NCBI GenBank assembly: GCA_031423015.1
Contig: JANPER010000185.1
Coordinates: 38,026-102,025, forward strand
Direction of reading: 5' to 3'
Length of the DNA stretch: 64,000 bases
Origin: Planctomycetota bacterium
Lineage (GTDB): Bacteria > Planctomycetota > UBA1135 > UBA2386
Shown here: in pieces, positions 30,539-39,200 of the stretch
How positions within the stretch are numbered: position 1 is the stretch's first letter
Layout: the number at the start of each line of letters is the position of its first letter
Translations under genes and position numbers: made by a program
Notes under the pieces: model-generated
Seen by the model: the letters and a program-made list of their open reading frames with translations, nothing else
Told to the model about the DNA's origin: nothing
The model's database searches: none

Positions 30539-31401
30539 GCCGCCACAAGCCATGGCTCGGCCAGCCGCAGGAGACGCCGCTGACCTACGTGGTGTTGTTG
30601 GCGTGGGCCGTGTTGATGTATCCCGGCAGGCGTGCCGGCAGCGAGCAGACGCTCGCCGGCTGGGCGCGCAACGAACTGGCGTCGATTGGATACCTGGCGC
30701 ATCAGGGCGAACCGTGGCGCTTGCTGACGCACGCGTTCGTGCACGGCGGCCTCATGCACGTGCTGTTCAACGGCGCGGCTCTGGTGGCGTTTGGCCCCGG
30801 GCTCGAACGCTGGCTGGGGAGCAAGCGCTTCGCGTTGGTGTACTTCGTGGGCGCACTCGCCAGCGCGATCGCCGGCGTGTTCTGGCACGGCCCATGGACC
30901 CCGTTGGTCGGCGGCTCCGGCGCGATCTTCGCGATGATGGGTGCCGTGCTGGCCCTCAACATGCGGGCGGGCCGGCATCTGCTCGACTTCTTGGACCACG
31001 CTGGCTCGCGCGCGTTCCTCGGCCTGGTGCTCGCCAACCTGATCCTCGGCTGGGTGATCCCCAACGTCAGCAACGCCGCGCACCTGGGCGGTCTGTTGGC
31101 CGGCTTCGTGTTGACGTTCTGCTTTCTGGAACGCGGCCACGCACCGACCGACCGCGTGTCGCGCGCCGCGCAGGCCGGCTGGCTGCTCCTGCTGCTGTCG
31201 ACCACGCTCTACACCTGCTGGCCGACGGCGCGCGGCGACTATCTGCTGGCGCGCGCGATCGAGATCGACGACCCCGCGCAACGGCGCGTGTTCCTGCGCG
31301 CGCTGCGCCTGGCGCCGGTGGCTGAGAGCCGACCCGACCTGGGTGCCGAAGAGTGGTACGAGATGATCGACCGCGACCTGCGCGACGGCGAAGGCAAGTA
31401 G
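30535..31401 (+). CDS. rhomboid-family intramembrane serine protease
   Basis: Internal ATG 30535 (ATGA overlap with the previous gene). Motifs HAFVHGGLMHVLFN, GGSGAIFAMMG (catalytic Ser) and AAHLGGLLAG (catalytic His). Confidence 0.88.
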   Translation: MSRHKPWLGQPQETPLTYVVLLAWAVLMYPGRRAGSEQTLAGWARNELASIGYLAHQGEPWRLLTHAFVHGGLMHVLFNGAALVAFGPGLERWLGSKRFALVYFVGALASAIAGVFWHGPWTPLVGGSGAIFAMMGAVLALNMRAGRHLLDFLDHAGSRAFLGLVLANLILGWVIPNVSNAAHLGGLLAGFVLTFCFLERGHAPTDRVSRAAQAGWLLLLLSTTLYTCWPTARGDYLLARAIEIDDPAQRRVFLRALRLAPVAESRPDLGAEEWYEMIDRDLRDGEGK

Positions 31402-31515
31402 GAACGGCGCCGGCCACGCGCGGCGGCCGACTACACGCCCTGACTCTGGGGGGGGCGTTCGCGCCGAGACACACGTAGGACGCAGTCAGTCAGGACGCAC
31501 AGGATGCGGGTTTTG

Positions 31516-32658
31516 TCAGGTAACCCAGTCGCCGGCCCACAGCCAGTCAAGGAACTGCCGCCAGGGCAACACCTCGATGTCGGCGCCGATCGTGCGCGGC
31601 TCCCGCTCCAAACACACCACGATCTTGCGACGCACGCGGTGACTCGTCGCCAACGCGCGCAGGCCCGTGAGATCGCCGTCATGCACGCGCGTCCCGCTCT
31701 TCACCTCAATCGCCGCCGCCATGTCGCCGAGCACGAAGTCGACTTCGAGGCCCGTGGAAGTGCGCCAAAACCGAACGTCGAGATCCGGCGCGCGGTAGCG
31801 GCGGAAGTTCAAGATCTCCATCAGCACGAGGTGCTCGAAGCTCTTGCCGAACTCGGGGGTGCCGGGTGCCGGGCGCCGGCGCGCAAGGAAGTTGGTGACC
31901 CCGACGTCGAACAAATAGAACTTCTCGGTCAGGATCATGCGCCGGTCCGGCGCGCGCTTCCAAGGCGCCAAGCGCGCTCCGAGCAAGGTGTCTTCCAAGA
32001 TCTCGAAGTAGCTACGCACGACCTTGGCGCTGACGCCAGTCTCGCGCGCGACGTTGGTGTAGTTGAGCAGCTCGCTCGAAGTGATGGCTGCGACGCGCAT
32101 GAACTCACTGAATGCCGGCACGCGGCGCGCGGTGGCTTCCGTGGCGATCTCATGCGCGAGATAGTCGGCGACGTAAGCGCGTAGATCGCGTTCGGGCTCC
32201 GGCGAGAGAAAGTGCGGCGCGATCATGCCGCTGGTCATCACGCGCGCGAGGTCGAAGCCGCTCACCTCGGTAGCCGACAGGGGCCCCATCTCGTAGCGCC
32301 AGGCGCGGCCCGCCAGCAGGTTGGCGTGACTCCGGCGCAGCTTGCGGGCGCTGGAGCCGGTGAGCAGGAACTGTGCACTGCGCCGCGAGATCAGCCAATG
32401 CACCTCGTCGAGCAACGCTGGCACCATCTGGATCTCGTCGATCACCGTGAGCCCGGACTTCCACCGCTCGCGTAGCAGGGCCGGGCGGGCTGCGTACTCG
32501 GCGAATACATCCGTCTCGAGAAGATCGATGTAGGTCGTTGGTGGCTGGTTGAGGTGGTGCCGGAGCCAGTGGGACTTGCCGACCTTGCGTGGGCCCCACA
32601 GGAACGCCGACTGCCCGGTCGGCAGGTCGATCGTCAGGTGTCGTCGGACAATCCGCAT
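31516..32658 (-). CDS. AAA ATPase with DUF4143 (AAA_14/DUF4143 family)
   Basis: 380 aa. Walker A GPRKVGKS, Walker B-like LTVIDEIQ, and a C-terminal restriction-endonuclease-like DUF4143 region. Confidence 0.85.
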   Translation of the reverse strand: MRIVRRHLTIDLPTGQSAFLWGPRKVGKSHWLRHHLNQPPTTYIDLLETDVFAEYAARPALLRERWKSGLTVIDEIQMVPALLDEVHWLISRRSAQFLLTGSSARKLRRSHANLLAGRAWRYEMGPLSATEVSGFDLARVMTSGMIAPHFLSPEPERDLRAYVADYLAHEIATEATARRVPAFSEFMRVAAITSSELLNYTNVARETGVSAKVVRSYFEILEDTLLGARLAPWKRAPDRRMILTEKFYLFDVGVTNFLARRRPAPGTPEFGKSFEHLVLMEILNFRRYRAPDLDVRFWRTSTGLEVDFVLGDMAAAIEVKSGTRVHDGDLTGLRALATSHRVRRKIVVCLEREPRTIGADIEVLPWRQFLDWLWAGDWVT

Positions 32659-32723
32659 ATCTCGGGCAGTTTATCCGGATAAAACACCAACGCGATGCGG
32701 AATATCCGATCGACTCGACCACC

Positions 32724-33326
32724 CTAGCCGCCGACGACGTTCCAGCGCTCGACGCCGGGCGGCGTGAGGCGCAGCGTCGACAGGCTGGCGAGGTCAGTGG
32801 GCACATCGCCGGCGCCGGGCAGCAGCGCGTCAGCGATGCGCCGGATGACGCCGCGGTGCGCGACCAAGAGCAAGTCGCCGGAGGTGCGCGCGAGCGTGCG
32901 CGCCAACGCGGCGCGCACGCGCTGATCAAAGCAGGCCAGCGTCTCGCCATCAGGGAAGCCGACATGCGCGGCGCGTTCCCAGGTGGCAAACCAAGCCGGA
33001 TCGCGGGCGGCGATCTGTTCGCGCGTGAGACCCTCGAAGACGCCAAAGTCGATCTCGGCGAAGCCGGCCTCGGCGTGCACCGGCGCGTGCTCGAGGCCGA
33101 GCGCGCGCGTCAGGATCTGCGCCGACTCGGCGGCGCGCGAGAGCGGCGAGTGCACGATCGCGTCGAGCTGTAGCGGCGCTACCGCGGCGCCGAGCCGGCG
33201 CACCTGCACGCGCCCTTCGTCGGACAGCGCGACATCGGTGCGCCCCCAAAAGCGAATCGACGATTGCCCCACGGTTTCACCATGGCGCACCAAGTGCACC
33301 AGCCGCGTGGCGCGCTGCGCACTCAT
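32724..33326 (-). CDS. histidine phosphatase family protein (phosphoglycerate mutase-like)
   Basis: 200 aa with LVRHGET catalytic motif and ...LLVAHRGVIR. Confidence 0.85.
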   Translation of the reverse strand: MSAQRATRLVHLVRHGETVGQSSIRFWGRTDVALSDEGRVQVRRLGAAVAPLQLDAIVHSPLSRAAESAQILTRALGLEHAPVHAEAGFAEIDFGVFEGLTREQIAARDPAWFATWERAAHVGFPDGETLACFDQRVRAALARTLARTSGDLLLVAHRGVIRRIADALLPGAGDVPTDLASLSTLRLTPPGVERWNVVGG

Positions 33327-33333
33327 CAGACGT

Positions 33334-34353
33334 TCACTTCAGCAGCAGCACGCCAGCGACGGCCAACACCGCGAACAGCACGAGCACCAAGACGGCGAGG
33401 ACGCCGCGGGTGCCGCGTTGGCCTTCTTCGACCATGCGCGACAGTCGTGTGGCCTGGTCTTCGTGCGCCGCGCGCAGCGCATCCACCGACTTGCTCTGGC
33501 TCTGGTGCAGACTCTTCACCGCGTCGCGCAGCTCAGCGCCGTCGCGCGTCGCGCCCTGCACTGCCATGCTGATCGACGACTCCATCGAACGCGCCAGCTT
33601 GCTGGTCTGCTCGCGCTGGTTGTCGACCGTCTGCTCCAACGTCCGCGCCAGCCGCTCGGTCTTCTCCTTTTCGCCGTGCACCATGTGCGATAGGGACTCC
33701 GCCATCCGCTCGGCGCGATCGTCTTGCGAGCGCAGCAGCTTCTCGGTGTTCTCCGACTGTGCCTTGCTGTGCCCCACCATCTCGCGCATCGAACCGTGGA
33801 TCGTGTCCATCGCGTTGCGGAACTCAGCCAACGTGCCAGCCGTGCGCTCGTCGGTCGCGACGATCTTGTCGAGCGACGTGCGCAGGCCTTGCAGCGTGGC
33901 CGGCAGTTCGCCCATCGTCTGCGCCAGCCGCTCGCCGATGCGCCCTTGCTGATCCATCTGCGAGGTGAGCGCGCGCAGCACATCGAGCTGGGCCTGGCCG
34001 AGCGCCGGCAGCATCTTGATGTCGTTCGCCATCTCGCTGGCCTGCGCGCCCTCGGCATCGAGGCGCACCTGCACGCCGCGCATCAGGCTGGCCAGCTCCT
34101 TGAGGCCGCCCTCCATGGTGAGCATGGCTTCCTCTTTGATGCTGAGCTTCCGACCGCTGGCGCGGTCGACCGTGGAAATCGCCGAAACCTCGGCGATCGC
34201 GGGTTCCGCCGGCTCGCCGACGCGGGAAGTCCCCACTCGGTTCACGCCGGGACCAACGACGGTGCGCCGGGCCGCCCCTTCACTCACGTCCACACCTGCT
34301 GACGTACGCCAGCGCCCAACCAACTTGTTCAACAGCGAAGTCTTCTTGACCAC
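33334..34353 (-). CDS. coiled-coil protein with C-terminal membrane anchor
   Basis: ORF 33334..34431. I prefer GTG 34353, which is preceded by GGAGG at 5-nt spacing. Long heptad-like region and C-terminal TM GVLAVLVLVLFAVLAVAGVLLL. Confidence 0.6.
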   Translation of the reverse strand: MVKKTSLLNKLVGRWRTSAGVDVSEGAARRTVVGPGVNRVGTSRVGEPAEPAIAEVSAISTVDRASGRKLSIKEEAMLTMEGGLKELASLMRGVQVRLDAEGAQASEMANDIKMLPALGQAQLDVLRALTSQMDQQGRIGERLAQTMGELPATLQGLRTSLDKIVATDERTAGTLAEFRNAMDTIHGSMREMVGHSKAQSENTEKLLRSQDDRAERMAESLSHMVHGEKEKTERLARTLEQTVDNQREQTSKLARSMESSISMAVQGATRDGAELRDAVKSLHQSQSKSVDALRAAHEDQATRLSRMVEEGQRGTRGVLAVLVLVLFAVLAVAGVLLLK

Positions 34354-34565
34354 GTGTGCCTCCGCCGAGCGCGAGCACTCGGACCGCCTTGAAATCTGTT
34401 CAGAAGTTTCCGCTCGCGCGGAGCGCAGCACTGACCGTTACTGCGCGCCATCACGGTAGCCGCGATGCGATTGACGCGCCAGCCACCTCCCCTGAGTTGC
34501 GCCGTGAAAATTGCCCCGCGCCGTTCTTGAAGTCCGATGCCGCCGCGATAGCTTCCTTCGCCCTA

Positions 34566-34591
34566 TTGACGCGCGTTCCCTCGCGCGTCAA
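34566..34591. promoter_or_regulatory. perfect 10-bp inverted repeat (TTGACGCGCG-N6-CGCGCGTCAA) 8 nt upstream of tRNA-Ala
   Basis: Read directly from the sequence. The left arm contains a -35-like TTGACG. The motif ATTGACGCGC also occurs near 34468. Confidence 0.4.
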
Positions 34592-34599
34592 CTCCCGGT

Positions 34600-34675
34600 G
34601 GGGAGTTAGCTCAGTTGGTAGAGCGCGACAATGGCATTGTCGAGGTCAGGGGTCCGACTCCCCTACTCTCCACCA
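34600..34675 (+). tRNA. tRNA-Ala (GGC)
   Basis: Manual fold: GGGGAGT TA GCTC AGTTGGTA GAGC G CGACA ATGGCAT TGTCG AGGTC AGGGG TCCGACT CCCCT ACTCTCC A CCA. The G3:U70 Ala identity pair is present. The T-loop is non-canonical (TCCGACT). Confidence 0.85.
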
Positions 34676-34784
34676 CTTCATCCCCTGCGATAGACGCGTG
34701 TTGCGTCACCGGTCGCGAGACCGTGCGGCTCCGAGAACGGCTCGGAGAGTGGGTAGCCTACCCAGTTCGCACGGAGACTGACCG

Positions 34785-35260
34785 ATGGAGACCAACGCGA
34801 AGAGCGAGCCGCGGGCTCGTTCCAGCCGGTTGCCGGTGATGAAGAAGCATGCCACGGGCCAATGGCGGCTGCGGCTGAGCGGCCGCCACTACTACCTCGG
34901 CACCGACCAGAAGGCGGCCAAAGCCGAAGCCAACAAGCTGCTCGCCGACTGGGTGTCGAACGATCGCCAGACGCCGCCCAAGCGCGACGATGAGCGCGTC
35001 GCGGAGGGCACCACGATCGACGAGATCGTGATCGAGTACCACCGACGGGAGCTGCCCAAGCGCTCGCCCTCGATGCAGGAGCGGATCAAGCGCGCGTTGC
35101 AGCCGCTCCAGGACCGTTTCGGGATGACGGTCGCGCAGTCCTGAGGAAGCTGAAGCGCGCGTTGCGCGAGGCCTACTGCGTGAGTGCTACCGCCGGGCCA
35201 TCGAGTGCGGAGTGGATGCCCTCGCCGTCGGCGCTCGACGTGGTGACTTTGAGAGCCTGA
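34785..35260 (+). pseudogene. tyrosine integrase remnant (N-terminal arm/SAM-like part only)
   Basis: ORF 34785..35144: ...KKHATGQWRLRLSGRHYYLGTDQKAAKAEANKLL...TIDEIVIEYHRRE...RIKRALQPLQDRFG. A frame-shifted continuation [11 protein letters not shown]... runs to the stop at 35258-35260. No catalytic domain follows. Confidence 0.65.
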
Positions 35261-35409
35261 TCGCTGCCGCTGCCGGCCCAACACGCCGCCGGCGTCGCCG
35301 CCCGCCGCCGCCCCGCAACCGGCACCCCGGACATCCCCGGTCACCTCCTCGTTGCTGGCCCTCACCCACCACGGCTACGCTGAATGCAACGATCGCAAGG
35401 AGACGACAA

Positions 35410-36638
35410 CTGGCCACCAAACGAAAGAAGTCCGAGACCAACGACCGCCAAGGCAGCCTCGGCTTCGAGGAGAAGCTCTGGGCCGCCGCCGACCTGCTGC
35501 GCAACAACGTCGACCCGGCCGAGTACAAGCACGTCGTCCTCGGCCTGATCTTCCTCAAGTACATCAGCGACGCCTTCACCTCGCGCCAGGGCGAACTCGC
35601 CGGCCTCGTCGTCACCCCAGGCAGCGACTACTACGTCGCCAGCAAGGCCAAGCAGGAAGAGGAGCTGGCCGGCGTGCTGGAAGACCCCGACGAGTACACC
35701 GCCGCCAGTGTGTTCTGGGTGCCGCACGACGCGCGCTGGGAGCACATCCAGAGCCAGGCCAAGGACCCCAAGATCGGCAAGATCGTCGACGCGGCGATGG
35801 ACGCCATCGAGGCCGACAACCCCACTCTCAAGGGCGTGCTGCCCAAGATCTACGCCAAGCCCGACCTCGACAAGCCGTCGCTCGGCAAGCTGATCGACCT
35901 GGTGTCGGGCGTCGGCCTCGGCACCACCGAGCACAAGGCGAAGGACACGCTCGGCCGCGTCTACGAGTACTTCCTCGCCCGCTTCGCCAGCGCCGAGGGC
36001 AAGGGCGGCGGCGAGTTCTACACCCCGCAGTCGGTCGTCGGCACGCTGGTCGAACTGATCGAACCCTACGAAGGGCGCGTGTATGACCCGTGCTGCGGGT
36101 CCGGCGGCATGTTCGTGCAGTCGTTGAAGTTCCTCGACGCGCACGGCGGCAAGAAGGACCGCATCTCGATCTACGGCCAGGAGTCCAATCCCACGACATG
36201 GCGGCTGGCGCGCATGAACCTGGCGATCCGTGGAATCGGCGCCAACCTCGGCGCGCACCACGCCGCGACCGGCGCGGGCACACGCTGTTCATCGATGCGA
36301 GGAAGCTCGGACGCATGGAGACGCGGGTGCATCGCGTGCTCGATATCGCGGACGTGCAGCGCATCGCCGGTGCCTACCATGCGTGGCGCGGCAAGGATGG
36401 CAAGCACAAGGACGTTGCCGGGTTCGCGATGAGCGCGCCGCTCGCCGAGATCCGCAAGCACGGCTACGTGCTGACGCCGGGGCGCTACGTCGGCGCCGAG
36501 GATGTCGAGGACGATGGCGAAGGGTTCGAGGTGAAGATGCAGCGGCTCACGGCGACGCTGCGGCAGCAGCAGGCTGAGGCCGGGAAGCTCGACGCCGCCA
36601 TCGCCGCGAACCTGAAGGAGCTTGGCTATGGCAAGTGA
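35410..36638 (+). pseudogene. hsdM: type I R-M methyltransferase HsdM with internal out-of-frame deletion
   Basis: N-terminal and AdoMet parts: [38 protein letters not shown]...[10 protein letters not shown]...[12 protein letters not shown]...[21 protein letters not shown]. At about 36262-36275 it jumps frame into the C-terminal [10 protein letters not shown]...AYHAWRG...[11 protein letters not shown]. The NPPF catalytic region is absent. There is no ATG at the expected start (CTG 35410, 8 nt after AAGGAG). Confidence 0.8.
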
Positions 36639-37527
36639 GAAGAAACGGGCGCCGAAGCCGCTCGTTCGAGCCAAGAAGGTGAGTCGACAAGTGCGTGGCC
36701 GCGCGCTGGCGCGGGCGGTCTTCCCCGTCGCGCCGCCGAAGGTGGAGTTGCCCAAGAGCTACGGCAGAGTCCTCGCGCAACTCAAGGCAAGGGTCGAGCG
36801 AGCACGGCTCAGCACCGTGATGGCCGCGAACTCAGCGCTGATCCTTCTCTACTGGGACGTCGGGCATGTGATCCTCGATCGACAGCGAGCGGCAGGCTGG
36901 GGCGCCGGGGTGATCGATCGCCTAGCCAGCGATCTCAGCGATGCCTACCCCGACATGCGTGGGTTCTCACCGAGGAACCTGCTGTTCATGCGGGCGCTGG
37001 CGGACGCCTACCCGGACGCGCCAAAAGTGAAACAGCTTGTTTCACAATTGCCCTGGGGCCACGTCATTCGCCTCATCCCGCGGGTCAAGGAACCAGGCGT
37101 CCGCGAGTGATACATGGGCCGCTGCGTCGAGGAAGGCTGGAGCCGCAGCATCTTGGAGTTGCAGATCGACGGGCGCGCGCACACGCGGCGCGGCAAAGCC
37201 ATCACCAACTTCAAGGCGACGCTCCCGCCTGCCGACTCCGACATGGCGGCGCAAGCGTTCAAGGATCCGTACCTGTTCGACTTTCTGGGCACGGGGGATC
37301 CACGCCGCGAGCGCGACCTAGAACAGGCGCTCGTCGATCATGTGCAGCGCTTCTTGCTGGAGTTGGGCCGCGGCTTCGCCTTCGTGGGCAGACAGGTGCA
37401 ACTGGAGGTCGGCGACCAGGACTTCGTCGTGGACCTGCTCTTCTACCACCTCACGCTCCGCTGCTACGTCGTGGTCGAGCTGAAGGCTGTAGCGTTCGCG
37501 CCCGACGTTGCGGAAGCAGCGGGTTGA
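36628..37527 (+). pseudogene. DUF1016/YhcG-type PDDEXK nuclease gene with in-frame TGA and truncated 3' end
   Basis: ORFs 36622..37110 and 37114..37527 share one frame, separated by TGA 37108-37110 in the context GVRE*YMG, where the family usually has W. Motifs: NSALILLYWDVGHVI...GFSPRNLLFMRA...DPYLFDFLG...FAFVGRQVQLEVGDQDFVVDLLFYH. The end is replaced by the hsdM-like fragment. Confidence 0.75.
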
Positions 37528-37588
37528 GGGTGGGAAGCTCGATGCAGCGATCGACGCGAACCTCAAGGAGCTTTGGTATGGCCACTGA
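37516..37588 (+). repeat. second, diverged copy of the hsdM 3' end
   Basis: 60/73 nt identical to 36566..36638 by my ungapped manual alignment. It translates QRVEGGKLDAAIDANLKELWYGH*, against [23 protein letters not shown]. Confidence 0.8.
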
Positions 37589-38041
37589 TTGGCCAACCAG
37601 CCGTGTTGCCGACGGACCGCTTCATCGACGGCTACCAGTCGCGCAACGAGCAGTTGGCCGACCTGATGCGGCGCTTCCGCATCTGCGAGGAGAAGGGCAG
37701 CGGCATCGATCGGGTCGTGCGCGCGGTCGAGGCCTTCCAACTGCCCGCGCCGGACTTCCACGTCGGCGCCGGGCGCACCACGGCTCGCATCTACGGACCG
37801 CGCTAGTTCGAGGCGATGGACCGGGGCGATCGCATCCGCGCCACCTACCAGCACTGCGCGCTGCGCTGGGTCATGAACGAGCGCATGACCAACACGTCGC
37901 GCGAGCGCTTCGGGGCCCGAGAGCAAGAGTGCCACCGCGTCGCAGGTCATCACCGCCACCATCGAGGCCGGCCTGATCCGACTGGACGAACGGTCCGGCG
38001 CTTCGAAGAAGCTGGCCCGCTACCTCCCGTTCTGGGCATGA
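37573..38041 (+). pseudogene. C-terminal remnant of an AlbA_2/HATPase_c_4-type (RecG-like) putative DNA-binding ATPase often embedded in type I R-M loci
   Basis: ...NEQLADLMRRFRICEEKGSGIDRVVRAVEAFQLPAPDF..., in-frame TAG at 37804-37806, then MDRGDRIRATYQHCALRWVMNERMTN. A frameshift leads into SKSATASQVITATIEAGLIRLDERSGASKKLARYLPFWA*. The N-terminal two thirds are missing. Confidence 0.6.
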
Positions 38042-38185
38042 GTCCTATTCAATCGCCAGCCCTGCGAGCGCCGGCGCGAGGGTGTCAACTGCCGTCGCCA
38101 TCGCGACTTCGGTATTTTAGCGATTGCCCTGGCTGCGGCTGCCGGCGGCTGCCACGGCGGGCGCGGCCGCCGGAGAGGACGTGGG

Positions 38186-38563
38186 ATGACCACCGCCGCC
38201 GCCAAGCTCTTCGTGTTCCAGTGCAGCGGCAACACCTACATGGAGTGCATCGAGAAGAACGTCTTCGGGTCGAACGATCCGTGGCCGCTCCAGGTGAAGA
38301 AGGGCGACTACTGCCTGCTGCATCACTACGAATACGACACACTGCTCGCGCTCTGGCGGGCCGAGTGTGACAGCGGCAAGAAGCTCGTCGCGAAGGCGTG
38401 GGGCGGCAGGTTCCCGTTCCAGGTCAAGATCGCGTTGCTGGCGCCGACGATCGTCGAGCTGCCGAAGGGGACGCTCGGCGCCACCGAGCGCATCCTCGAA
38501 GGACCGCGAGCGGAGCATGTGCTCCAGTTGGTTCGCGGCATGGCCACCCTCCGGGAGACCTGA
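38186..38563 (+). CDS. small DCD-domain-like (PUA-like fold) protein, intact
   Basis: 125 aa with GGAGAGG 7 nt upstream of the [25 protein letters not shown]...[42 protein letters not shown] matches the three conserved DCD blocks as I remember them (FMCN..T..EC....FG / LFLF......L.G.F.A.S.G...I...AW / FPAQV). Confidence 0.7.
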   Translation: MTTAAAKLFVFQCSGNTYMECIEKNVFGSNDPWPLQVKKGDYCLLHHYEYDTLLALWRAECDSGKKLVAKAWGGRFPFQVKIALLAPTIVELPKGTLGATERILEGPRAEHVLQLVRGMATLRET

Positions 38564-38564
38564 C

Positions 38565-38919
38565 ATGCGGCAGCGCAACTTCACCGAGTCCGTCGTCGAG
38601 CAGGCCGCGATCGAGTGGTTCGGTGCCCTCGGCTACGACTACGTCGCCGGGCCAACACTCGCCCCCGACGGCGAGGCGCCCGAGCGGGCGGATTGGAAGA
38701 CCGTGCTGCTCGAAGGGCGCCATCGCGCACGATCTCGTGGAGACGATCCGGCAGTCGGTGACGATCGATTGGGCGCAGCGCGAGTCGGTGCGCGCGAGCA
38801 TGCGCTCGAAGGTGAAGCGGCTACTGCGCAAGCATGGGTATCCGCCGGACAAGCAGGAGGCGGCGGTGGTGACGGTGATCGAGCAGGCCGAGGCGGTGTG
38901 CCGCGAGTGGGCGGCGTGA
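38565..38919 (+). pseudogene. hsdR: type I restriction enzyme HsdR reduced to fused N- and C-terminal stubs
   Basis: N-terminal [53 protein letters not shown] frame switch near 38705-38720 leads into the C-terminal tail [58 protein letters not shown]. The helicase and nuclease core is absent. Confidence 0.75.
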
Positions 38920-39200
38920 TCGGCAACCACGGCGACATCAGAACGAGCCGGCGCGCACCTGCTGAGCGCGTTGCCCTGACCAGACCGTTGCCCTGCCCCC
39001 CACCAACAAAGCGGCCCCCAAAGCGGTGGAACGCTGAGGGGGCCTAAACAGACCCCTGAACCCATCAGGAATCTGCATGGCGGCAAGGCTACAGGCGCGG
39101 CTCGGTTGTGCACGCGCGGATCGGGCGGGATGCGTTCTTCTCGATCACCGATCGGTGGTGGCGCGACCGACGCGAACGTTGGTTGCGACCCTGCGCGAAG

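Noticed and set aside
38920-39200. Right boundary of the tRNA-Ala island. I looked for a direct repeat of the tRNA 3' end (attR) and noted a GGCCCCC-N18-GGGGGCC hairpin.
   Set aside because: Only CCACCA-level matches to the tRNA 3' end were found, which is not convincing. The hairpin alone does not define a boundary.
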